NCBI GenBank assembly: GCA_013265495.1
Contig: MU060312.1
Span: 4,136,181 to 4,200,180, forward strand
Reading direction: 5' to 3'
DNA from: Vicugna vicugna
Lineage: Eukaryota
DNA: 64,000 nt
Shown here: piece after piece, positions 13,461-23,994 of the stretch
Position numbering within the stretch: the stretch's first letter is position 1
Layout of the letters: each line of letters begins with the position of its first letter
The notes under the pieces: model-generated
Told to the model about the DNA's origin: nothing
The model's input: only the letters and a program-made list of their open reading frames with translations
The model's database searches: none
Translations under genes and position numbers: made by a program

Positions 13461-13489
13461 ATGTCCCGAGCATTTAGGTCACTGCTCCT

Positions 13490-13695
13490 GTTCACTGGAG
13501 GGTCTGTGACCATCCCTTTGAGTGAAGAAGCCTCCAAGTGGTTCCAGCTCCAGCCTGAGACATTGTGATGAAGACAGACCTTCCCTTTAGTACTCTGTCC
13601 AAATTCCTCACCCACAAAATCTGTGAGCATAATATATTCTGTTGGCTTTAGGCCGCTAAATTTGGGGTGACTTGTTACACATCGTTACTGACATG
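13490..13695 (+). mobile_element. MLT1 (MaLR) LTR 3' part
   Basis: ccaaattcctcacccacaaaatctgtgagcataat...ggctttaggccgctaaatttggggtgacttgttacaca resembles MLT1 LTR ends. Confidence 0.55.
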
Positions 13696-13991
13696 GTTTG
13701 GATACTTTATAGGTAATGCTGTGAGTGTATTACATCAGGATGTTTAAACATCCTAATATTTCATTGTCCTATAGCAAGTGATATTAAGATTGATCAGTGG
13801 GTTCAGGTGATGATGGCCTCTGGGACCACTTTAAATGGAATTCTCATTTTGAGGTTTTGTAGGGCACACCATTAAGTGTTAATTTTGACCAGAAACTCTG
13901 GTGATGGTTAGCCTGTGGTTGCTATTTCTCAAAGGAGCCATTTTTTAATTCCTCCTATCTCTCAGTATCAAGTTGAGGGACAGGTGTTTCT

Positions 13992-14037
13992 TGCTTCTCT
14001 TTAGTGGGGTTTCTGGCTTCTCTTTAGTGGGGTTTCT
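13992..14037 (+). repeat. Tandem duplication, 2 x 23 bp
   Basis: (t/g)gcttctctttagtggggtttct repeated twice with one mismatch. Confidence 0.9.
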
Positions 14038-15607
14038 TGCTCTTAAATGAGGGGGTATCCCTTCTTTGTCCCCTACTTCATTTGAAAGGGATTGTTTCAT
14101 GTTTTACTCCCTTTGGGTGGGCCCTGGAGTCCTCCTTTCTCCTGTTCCCCGTATAGTCATCAAATGGAAAGTTAAAATCTATAACAGAATCTGCTTCTGT
14201 TGCTCTCTTACTTTCCATGTTCTCAGTTTACTTTCTGAATCCTTGGTTTTACTCATGCTCATGCCAAGTTTGTGATCCTTTAAAAAGGCATGTTATCCAC
14301 TGTTTTAGATTTTTCAGCCATCGACATTAGACTCTCTAATCTGCCGTGCTGCTGAAACTGGTACTCCCTTTTATTTCCCAGTTGTTTATCTGGTATCTTG
14401 TATACAGTTTAAAACTATATAAGCATGTAATATAATAGATACTTTAGAACATACAGACAATAATTCTTATTTTATAATGAAACTTTTCTAATGTCCCCAT
14501 TACTGTTTTTGAAATAAATCCATAGATATATGTTACCTACACAAAATTCATAGATAATATGTGTTACTACCCAGAATTTTAAGCAAGTCAGAATAATGCA
14601 CTAACTGTATATGGAAAGGTGAAGGGAAAGTAGTACATAATAAAATGTTGTCTATTTAACTCAATAAATGCTTGGACATGATTGCATTGAAGACTCGTGA
14701 GATGGATGCTGTGTGTGTATGTGCGATCACTGTGAGCTTGACAGCTACAGAGTGAGACTGATACAGGAGGGTTGCGTCAGCCGCTCAGATGTTCTCAGCA
14801 GGGTCGTCAGGGGAAATGTCATCTTTTAAGGTGCTGAGCGACTCTTGGTCAAAGCCCGAACAAAACAGAAATATAATCTCTCAAGATACATTGGTATTCC
14901 TAGAAAATTCAGCATATAATAAGGTTATTTTGAGAATACTTTGTTCTTACATGCAAAATGGAATTGGGTTCTAGCTTTAGACAAATAGTTAGCTTTTTGT
15001 GTAGTTTGTTTTTAAATCTAAATGAACGTTGGGACGTTTGACATGATTGCGGGATGTGACATCATTTTCTCATACATCATAGCACAATCTGGCATTCCTG
15101 TCTCACACCCACCACGTTTCATGGCATTTCTTTATACTTCTGCAGCTAACTGCCCCCTTGGAATCTTGTCAATACATGTAACTTACATGCTTCCTTATTT
15201 TTTTCTGAAAGAAAATTCATGTATAATATGAGTTATCTAGATACAAAATTTCAAACATCAGTATAATGCCATAAGTGTAATGGAAAGGCCAACAAGTAGA
15301 TTATAATAAAATATTGTGTTTTTCATAAGTAAATGCTCAGACGTGTCTACATGTGAAATAGAGGCTTGCACCTGTATGTGTAATAACCATGAACTCCACT
15401 GGTACAAATGATTGTCGTACAGTTATGTTGCCTGAACAGCCCAAGATTGTGAGCAGGGTTCGAATCCATGGGATTTATTACCATATAACAGCAATTATAT
15501 AAAATGAAAACCTCTAACATTTTAAGTAACATGCTCACGGCGTTTTTTAACAGAAAACGTAAGTTACCCCAAAGTGTGGTGATATCCTGAGTTTTTAAAT
15601 AAAGTGT

Positions 15608-15626
15608 ACACACACACACACACACA
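15608..15626 (+). repeat. (CA)n microsatellite
   Basis: Seen directly in the sequence. Confidence 0.9.
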
Positions 15627-16557
15627 GAGTAACAGAATAAATGGGCTTGGTTTATTTTTTCAGTTGTAGACCAAGTGATTAATACAGCAGTGAAATGCAC
15701 TGTCCAGTCACCATTTTATTTACTCAACATGCTGACATTTCCTTCTTTTAAAAAGTTTTGATTTTTAAGTCTTTTAAATAAATAGTTATTTGAAGAAGTT
15801 GCCTCTATTTGAAGAGGCTGCATTTTTGTATCCTAGCTTATGTTCCTCAAACTCCTTTACACAAGATTTAATAATTTGGTATACTGGAGAAAACCTCCTT
15901 AAATGCCATGTAAGTTTTAATTTTTGTTTTGATTTTTGTTTTGTTGTAAAGTTTCCACTTGCCTTCCATTTCATCATTTTTGAGTTCTAAAGTATTATAT
16001 GCCAGTTTGTTTCCTGGTTCACTGTCCCCTCCTGGCAAACTCTCATTGTCTTCCTTTCTCCTCCTTTTACCTGTAGACTCATACTCTTTTTCCTTTTCCT
16101 TTTAACTCCTGTTCTACTTCAGACCCACTCCTATGAGATGCTGGAGAAGAGATCCTGTTTTCTCTTGTGGCACACATTTCTCCCGGACCTTCTACCCACT
16201 GCTTGTAACGGATGCAGCTGTTAGATATTGAGGGCAGTGTTCCAAGAATCAAGTAACCTGCAGGGAGACGCCTGGTGTAGAAATCAGACTGTCTGTCAAT
16301 ACCCTTTCCTTTGACACTGGTCTTGTGCTGATTCAGCTCCGCTTCCAGGACTGTGACAGTTGGCAGCCTTGCAGAACACTCTATTTCATGACTTTAATCT
16401 ACACTGTTGTTTCCATAGCCAGAAAAATCTTTCTTTCCTTAGAGAAAATTTGTAGGAGGTAACTGTATTCAAGTCCCAGTTAATTTAAAGAGTATATCAG
16501 GATGGATCTTTAAAAAACAAAACAAAACAAAACCAAGTTTAAAGCAATGAAGAGAAT

Positions 16558-16935
16558 AATTGCTTTTATTATCAAGTTGCTTAACAGACTCCTGTGTTAA
16601 CATCTAAGTGCTAGGCAATCAATGGCAGCAAACTATAAACATCCCTGTCTTTGCTCTTACAATAAAATCCTGTAAAGCAAATAATATGACCACTTCAGTA
16701 ATTTAACACAGACCTCCTATGGTTAATTTTCTCCAAAAGCTGCCGAACAGGAGTGGCTTATAAATTAGTATTATTCTGTCTTATAAAGAATAAGAAACAA
16801 AGATTGGAATAAATAATTAACAATAATAATAAAGAAATGTTTATGCCACAATGGATCACCATCAATATGCTTAATGAAACTTCTGAATTCCTTCAGAGAC
16901 TTCAGTAGAAAGTTACTATGAAATATTTTACCCTT
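16558..16935 (+). repeat. Left arm (378 bp) of a near-perfect inverted repeat
   Basis: Reverse complement matches 17760-18141 by hand alignment, except for 2 substitutions and a 4-bp indel. Confidence 0.95.
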
Positions 16936-17084
16936 CCAGCTGATAGAATTATTTCAGATTCTTGAAAGAAATATTGGATATTACCAATGCATACTTCTCA
17001 AGGCACAACTTTTGTCTTTTTAATATTTTTTTGACTTCAGGTTTAGTGGAAAAATTGCAGAAGGCAGACAGGAAGAGCAAAACA

Positions 17085-17370
17085 TAAACTATGTATTGAA
17101 TCCCTCTGTGCTTGGGTGTGCTCTGTATACTATGCTGGGAATCCAGAGTTAAGACGTTGTGTCTGAAGTGAAGGAACTCCAGTTGAATAGAAGGGTCAGC
17201 ATATGCAGGTGACGTTACAGCAGGAGAGCTGTATTTTCAAGCTATGATTGGATATTAGTAGAAGTGTCCCAGTGGAGGTCCTGAAGAATAAATAAGAGTT
17301 TGCTGGTGAGAGAAGAAATGATCTTGGGGTAGGACCAGTTAGTTCTCTGTGAGAACAGAGGTAATGCCCA
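17085..17370 (-). mobile_element. L2 fragment inside the inverted-repeat spacer
   Basis: tatgtattgaatccctctgtgcttgggtgtgctctg...gctgggaatccagag and ggaggtcctgaagaataaataagagtttgc resemble antisense L2. Confidence 0.5.
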
Positions 17371-17759
17371 ACCCTGAATGATACTGAACTAGACTCTAAC
17401 ATTGGGGTTTGATAGTCAAGGTCATTTAGAAGGACTATATTAATTAGGCTTGGAACTGGTGACTTATGTTGCTATTTCTCGATGATTAAGAAAGAAATAA
17501 AAGGCTATTGTTCAGTAAATTTTTTTAATCGAAAATAATTCTAGTTCAGCAGTTCACTTGTAACAGTGGACCACTCAGTAGTTAAGCCAAGTGGAAGTCT
17601 AAGTCTATTTATATATGCATAGGTAGACACAAGTGTTTGTATTTTCTAAAATACCTTTATTTAGCCATCTTTGTGGACAGAATTTTTCAAAAGGAGATGC
17701 AGTAAACAAAGTATTTGGCAAATCGGCATCATTTTGAAAAGGAGATAGCATTGGAACAT

Positions 17760-18141
17760 AAGGGTAAAATATTTCATAGTTAGTAACTTTCTACTGAAGT
17801 CTCTGAAGGAATTCAGAAGTTTCATTAAGCATATTGATGGTGATCCATTGTGGCATAAACATTTCTTTATTATTATTGTTAATTATTTATTCCAATCTTT
17901 GTTTCTTATTCTTTATAAGACAGAATAATACTAATTTATAAGCCACTCCTGTTCGGCAGCTTTTGGAGAAAATTAACCATAGGAGGTCTGTGTTAAATTA
18001 CTGAAGTGGTCATATTATTTGCTTTACAGGATTTTATTGTAAGAGCAAAGACAGGGATGTTTATAGTTTGCTGCCATTGATTGCCTAGCACTTAGATGTT
18101 AACACAGGGGTCTGTTAAGTAACTTGATAATAAAAGCAATT
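17760..18141 (-). repeat. Right arm (382 bp) of a near-perfect inverted repeat
   Basis: aagggtaaaatatttcatag...aacttgataataaaagcaatt is the reverse complement of 16558-16935. Confidence 0.95.
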
Positions 18142-20479
18142 TGAATGTCGATTGATAAATATATTCTTTGCTTTAAAGGTGATTGCTACTGAAGCCAGGG
18201 GTGTCCTTTGCATTTGACTCTCCTCCTTCCTTCTTGCTGACTTGCTTACAGTTGTCTTAGGTTTTGAACCAGGGCTGAGGAATTTCCTTTTACGTTTAAA
18301 GAGCTTGTAAGCATCTGAGGAGGAAACTTTTAAGTTACCTGCAGGTCTCTCCAAGGCCTGCTCCTAGGCTGATTTCTGCTTGTTGGCTTGGGTAGCCAAC
18401 CACGTAACTGCTTCTAGACTTGGGTTGGAGCCACTCCTGGGAGCTCGGGTGGTGCTCAGATGGCTGGAACCAGCAGCAGGCTGCCTGGTGGGCCTTTGTC
18501 TGGCCTGGCCAGAGGTGAGAAAAACTGGAATGAGAAAGTGGCGACTTCCCTCTCTCTGCTACTTTTCTCTCTTGACAGACAGACCAGTGTATTAAAAGCT
18601 CATCACTAATTTTGAATATACAAGTAGATATAATTTGCTGCCCTAAAAGCTTCAGTTTGTATAGAATGATCAGTTCCATGTGTGTATTTGTGTGCAGTTT
18701 GGTTATTCCTGAAAGCTTCTTAAATAAACAAATAGAAAAAACTACTGGAGAATGAGGAAACAATATTTTGAGAATGTTAGGATTTGATGTAAATGTTTTG
18801 TTGTTGTTTCTGGTTGTTGTAAAAATCAGGGTGATCCTATGCAACTATGTCTGCCTGGGTCTTTGCTTTTATTTTACAAAAGTGGAGAAAAGCAAGAAAA
18901 ATTCTCACATTTTATACAGATTATCTCCAGTAATAAAGCATTTTTGGCTCTTTGATGGAGAACTTTCAATAGTTCTTCTTTTTATGTTTTGGGTTGTAAC
19001 TGGCACTCTTAACTGCATTGGATTATAATTTGATAATTTTCATGTTTAAAATATTTTTAAAATAATTTTTTCTTTCAAGTACCAGAATCAAAGGAAAACA
19101 AAGCCGGGAAGTGAGGAATTATATAGCAATAACAATGTTTTCAATACTTAGTTTACTTTTAGAAAGATAACAGGAGCTTCCCCCTGAGAAGAGCGCCCTG
19201 AAAGCCACAGACAGGCTTGGAGCGTGTGCGCAGCCCGGTCCTGGTTTAGGCTGCGCTCAGACTGTCTGGCATCTGGTCGTTAGAGAGTATCTGGCTTGTT
19301 CAGAAATATGCGAAAGATCCAGTCGGCTGGCCACGACTGTCTGCTGTGGTGGTAGAAGAGGAAAATCTTACATTGTTTAAGATGTGTTTCATTAAAAGCT
19401 GAAAAAAAAACCCTCAAAACACAAGAGCGGGATTTGATCTAAAAAATCATTGAAGTTCCATCCATACCCTGCTTCTAACACAGCTGTAATGGTAGGTGAG
19501 CTTTTTCCATTCTTTGCCTCACTTTTTTCCTCCCCCTCTCCACCATCTCCATCTCTGTCTCTAACTGCGATGGAGCTGTGGGACTGAACTGGACGCCCTG
19601 ACCCTTGGGTGCACTTGGGACGTGATCTCTAGCTCTTTATCCCAGTTGCCCGGACTCAGCGAGCTGGTGGAGGAGGAAGCCTGTCCCTCTGTGGACGGGG
19701 ACATTGTGTGGAGCTGGCTCTCACCTGAGTGTGGCTCTCTTTGTACCCCTTCAACCTGCTCTCCTCTCTGATGACCCACCCCTTTCCCCCCATTGGTATT
19801 GAGGGATGAAGTTGAAGATAGAGTCGGTTATGCAGTTAAAAGCATCGTCCAGGTTCATTATGTTTATTCATACAATTCTCCTTCCTTGATATTCAAATTC
19901 TGGCACTAGGGAGATTGAGAAATTTTTGGTTTTCCTGGATTGTTTTTTTTGCTACTCTCAGCTATCTTCATTTGTCTTTAAATACTCATTTCAATTTGTT
20001 GAAGTATGGAAAATGAAGTGAAACATAACTTACATATATATCATTAAAATTCTTCCTTCATCAATCTTTGATTTTTAAAAATTCTTAGACTAACAAGCTC
20101 TGTGTATGTTGTATTCCAGAAGATTATCTGCAGATGTTTGACACATAGGGTTACTTTTAGAATTGCATTGCTTGTGTGGGCAATGGCCACCTTTTTTTCT
20201 GAAAGGATAGTGGGACCAGCCCCAGTTCACTGACTGATTTCCCTCACAGTGCTAGGCTTTTGGCGAGAGAGAGGAATGGATCTATGTGTCTTTGCACTAG
20301 CCTTGGGAGTGAAAGAAGGATAGAGATACAGGGTAAAGCAGAGCCAGTGTGTAAGTGCACAGCTGAGGTTTTCTTAAAAAAAGGAGGGGAGGAGAATTGT
20401 CTGTATCAGGATCACCTGGGGTGTTTGCTCAAGTTTTCTTACTCCAAACCATGGCGGATGGATATTAGTTAATATAGTA

Positions 20480-20560
20480 ACAGTAACCCTCAGAGGTCAT
20501 ACAGCAAGTTGTGCCTGAATGTGGTGGAGCTTGCGTTTGATCCCAACTCAGTTTTAATCT
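20480..20560 (-). mobile_element. MIR fragment
   Basis: cagaggtcatacagcaagt...ggagcttgcgtttgatccca resembles the MIR core. Confidence 0.5.
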
Positions 20561-20673
20561 AAAGCATTTACTGTCTTCTTTAGTATTATTCACAGTAGAG
20601 ATACATTTTGTTCCAGAGGTAGGCTGATATGCAAGCCTTAAGGCCCCTGATACAGACCTTTGCAGTTGTTAAC

Positions 20674-20765
20674 CCAGGGTTTTTCAAACTTAAGTGAGCA
20701 TTAGAATTGCCTGGAAGGCTTATTAAAACGCAGATTACTGAACCCTACTCCCAGAGTTTCTGACT
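20674..20765. mobile_element. MER5A (hAT-Charlie) fragment
   Basis: ttcaaacttaagtgagcattagaattgcctggaaggcttattaaaacgcagattactgaaccctactcccagagtttctga matches the MER5A pattern. Confidence 0.75.
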
Positions 20766-20769
20766 GTGT

Positions 20770-20935
20770 GGTTTGGCCTGTGGGTGAGTTACTCAACCCC
20801 TGTGCCTCAGTTTCTTCCTCTGAAAACAGTACTTACTTAACGGAGTTGCTGTCGAGGCTACAAGCTGACTCAGTGAGTGAAACACGTGGAAGAGTGCGTG
20901 GTGAGTAGCACGTGTTACCTCACTGTTAGCCGCTC
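20770..20935 (+). mobile_element. MIR fragment
   Basis: gggtgagttactcaacccctgtgcctcagtttcttcctctgaaaa is the MIR core. Confidence 0.65.
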
Positions 20936-21029
20936 CTGCCAGCAGCGTCACGGCCTCAGGAGAAAGTCCCAGTTCGGTGGGTCAGTGAAATGTTTGATTC
21001 TTATTCTTAAATGTGGTTGTAAGTAATGT

Positions 21030-21195
21030 AAACAACAATAGCTGACGTTTATTGAACAGTTAAGTGTCACAGTGCTGTTTGCTTAAAGATGGTCTCTCCT
21101 TTAATCCTTAATGCAACTTTTGGGGGTAAGTTCCTGTATCTTGGTTTTATGGATGAGGAAATTCTTTGGGTAGTAAGTTATAGAGCTGGGATTTA
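21030..21195 (-). mobile_element. MIR fragment
   Basis: aacaatagctgacgtttattgaaca...tttaatccttaatgcaac...ttttatggatgaggaaa. Confidence 0.6.
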
Positions 21196-21204
21196 TTTTT
21201 ACTC

Positions 21205-21226
21205 TGATGATGATGATGATGATGAT
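21205..21226 (+). repeat. (TGA)7 microsatellite
   Basis: Seen directly in the sequence. Confidence 0.9.
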
Positions 21227-22139
21227 TATTACATACACTATTTTTCCCTGTAAAAAGCACAGCTGGACATTTACTATGGCTAGTTTGCCTTACGGGTTTA
21301 TTAAAATAAATTAATCTATTAAAAATCTTATTTATTTGAGTCCTTAACTCTTGAGTATCTTCATATTTCTGTTTGGTAATTTAGGAAATAGGATTTTAGA
21401 CAACCACGTGGCTTCCGTCCTCACGCTGGACCCCTTGTTAGTTTAAGAAGTTTTTGCAAAAATCTAAATAAAATAAAATTAAAAACTTCTTAAGTCTTGA
21501 ATGCCAGAGTGGTGGCCTGGGGTCCTAACTTGATTGACACAGGGGACACAGCTGCTCTTGCTGGTGGTCCTCTCTCTGTTCTCCAGTCCTCTCAGGGTTC
21601 CTCTTTGCTGCAGGTGTAGGGGCAGCTGCAGCCTCATGTGTACTGGTAAGTCGTGTGTCAGAGTAACATTCTTGTTGATGGCAGGCTACAACTGTAGTGA
21701 GGAATCTATTATCAATATTAATGAGACGTATCAGAAAGAACGTTTCATAAAGTAGCTTGGACAAGCCTGTTGTTTTTCTAGAATATTTTTCTAAAATATG
21801 GAAATAATTGTTTTTTGAATTCTTAGAAAATAAACAGTATTCTAAACCTAGCCTTTGGACTCATTGGTATATATAGTGTATTACAGGGAATATGGCTTTG
21901 ATATAAACTTAGGATCTGTCTATGGAATCAGTAGGTAAAAAAACATTTGAGCTTTGGTTGTGTAATTTTCTTTTTTTAACTAATATAAAAGAGCAAGGGT
22001 AAAGGAAGATGTAGAAGAAAGTATTGATATAGACTTGGAACTAAAGTGATCTCCCATGATCCTAAACAGATGCCAATCATGATATATAAAAACCCTGTTC
22101 ATTCAGCACTGGGAGACACTGACCCTGAACCTTCCTGGG

Positions 22140-22270
22140 TTAGCTCAACCCAATATGGTTTCCAGAGTAGGAGACTTAGAAAAACTTGTTCAAGGTCGCA
22201 CAGCTAGTGAGTGCTCTTGAAGTTGGAATTTGAGCCTAAATTGGTTTGACTCAAAGGTTCTTGGTCTTTG
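22140..22270 (-). mobile_element. MIR fragment
   Basis: aacttgttcaaggtcgcacagctagtgagtg...ggaatttgagcctaaattggtttgactcaaagg. Confidence 0.65.
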
Positions 22271-22279
22271 GAGAGATCT

Positions 22280-22740
22280 GTCGCTGGAGAAGGCATCTTG
22301 GAGTCAGTGAAATAGGAAACTGGGCCTTTAACAGGCTGGTTCAAGGTAAATGTAAGATTGTAAGATTTAGGCAAGGAGGGCAGCTTGGTCAGGAGATGCG
22401 GTCCAAAGGGTCACTGAGTCAATAGTAAGGAGATTTAACCTTGGGGTTCCAGGGGAGAGAGAAACAGGCAAGATTAATTTGTTTAAGATTATAGAGGGAT
22501 TTTTTTTTAAAGACAGCTAAGTATTAGGATTAAGTAGTACAGCAAACATGTTAAAGATAAAATGGGAGGTTAAGAAATTGTGAACGATTAAATGATCAAT
22601 GCATAGTAGGCTTTCTTGGGAGAGCGAGGACTGAAGGCAAGGGACCAATTAAAAAGTTCTTGTAGTCCTTCGGGTGAAAGCTGAAGTCAGCATCACAGTC
22701 TTAGCCCCAGTTCTGGATTCCTGAACTTGTCTTTCATACT
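22280..22740 (-). mobile_element. L2 fragments
   Basis: Purine-rich degenerate blocks such as gaggactgaaggcaagggaccaattaaaaagttcttgtagtc resemble antisense L2. Confidence 0.45.
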
Positions 22741-22754
22741 GTTCACTCCATTTT

Positions 22755-23700
22755 CAATTAAATGGAAATTTTCAAACAATAAACAGAAGGAGACAGAGGT
22801 ATAATGAGCTCTGTGCAGCCATCACGCAGCCTTCAGTGATTATGTGGCCGGTCTTGTATGCAGGCTCTCTCTCCCTTCACCGCCAGCTCCCACCCTCAAT
22901 ATTATTTTGAAGTATATCCTGGATAATGTATCATTTAATCTGTAAATATTTCATTATATAGCTCTGAATGATAAAGAGCTTTTAAAAAGAAACAAACATA
23001 ATACAATTATCACACTTAAAATACAATTTTTTCAGGGAACTATATTCAGTGTCTTGTTAATAGCTTATAATGAAAAAGAATAGGAAAAGGAATGAATATA
23101 TATATATATATCTAAGTGACAGTGTTGTACACTAGAAACTAACGTTCTAAATCAACTGTAATATAAAAAAATGTTAAAAATACCATGCTGAGCATACAGT
23201 AAGGGCTCAGTGAAAGGCAACGAATCAAACCACACACAGACACACACAATTTTTTCATGCCAATTATCCAATGTTCAAATTTCCAGTAGTTTCATAAATG
23301 GAAGAAATGTTTTTGATTAATTTATATTCTGAGGTAGTTTAATCAAGATCCAAATAAAGTCCGATCCTACAATTGGTTGTTACCTTTTCATCTCTAGGGT
23401 TTTCCTCTGTCTCCATCTCTCCCTTTCTCTTTTTCTTTTTTCTATTACAACTTACTGAAAAAACTGGGTTATTTGTCTAGTAGAGGTTCTCACAATATGA
23501 GATTTGCTGATTGATTTGCTGTGGTTTAATGTATTCCTCAGTCTTTTTTAATTTCCTGTAAACTGATAGATATATAAGCTTTATCAAACTCATTAGCAGG
23601 ATTTTTTTTTCTTTTACTAGAGTATTTCATTGCTGTTTTATCCATTAGGAGGTAAAGGATGTGTTGATTTTTCTCTTTTTTGATGGCACCATTGATGCTC
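22755..23700 (-). mobile_element. L1MC-type 3' UTR, interrupted by a younger L1 3' end at about 23035-23185
   Basis: aatggaaattttcaaaca...tattattttgaagtatatcctggataatgtatcatttaatctgtaaatatttc...caattatcacacttaaaa, resuming at about 23255 (aatgttcaaatttcc...aatcaagatccaaataaagtcc). Confidence 0.65.
23035..23185 (+). mobile_element. Cetartiodactyl-type L1 3' end (5'-truncated)
   Basis: cagggaactatattcagtgtcttgttaatagcttataatgaaaaagaata...tgttgtacactagaaactaac...taaatcaact followed by an A-rich tail. Confidence 0.75.
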
Positions 23701-23734
23701 ACCATAGTCTTTCCTTCCCTCTAATTTCCAGTAA

Positions 23735-23766
23735 ATATATGTATATATACACACACACACACACAC
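23735..23766 (+). repeat. (TA)n-(CA)n compound microsatellite
   Basis: Seen directly in the sequence. Confidence 0.8.
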
Positions 23767-23994
23767 TTTTTTTTTTACTACATTCTTTTGCAGACATCTT
23801 TTTGCCTTAAGACTGCCAGTAACAAACAGCAAAATGTGTTTTGTAGCACATTGCTACCAGGCAGTATAGCTGTTAACATGATAAATATTCTTGGACATGA
23901 GCCCAAGTTTTGTTCAGTTTTATGTGTTTGTCCTCATACATTTATTTTTGAATTGCTGTATCTAATTCTAAATGTAAGCTCTTAGAAGGCGTTC

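Noticed and set aside
13737-13754. Perfect 18-bp palindrome aggatgtttaaacatcct
   Set aside because: The chance expectation in 64 kb is about 0.2 or higher with AT bias, and it lies in L1-like sequence.
18345-18514. GC-rich 170-nt putative exon (gcag|...agag|gtgaga)
   Set aside because: Almost no polypyrimidine tract at the acceptor.
18335-18844. 169-aa minus-strand ORF (also 44933-45448, 171 aa, and the other 60-130 aa ORFs)
   Set aside because: No recognisable domain; composition and length are as expected for chance ORFs in intronic or repeat DNA.
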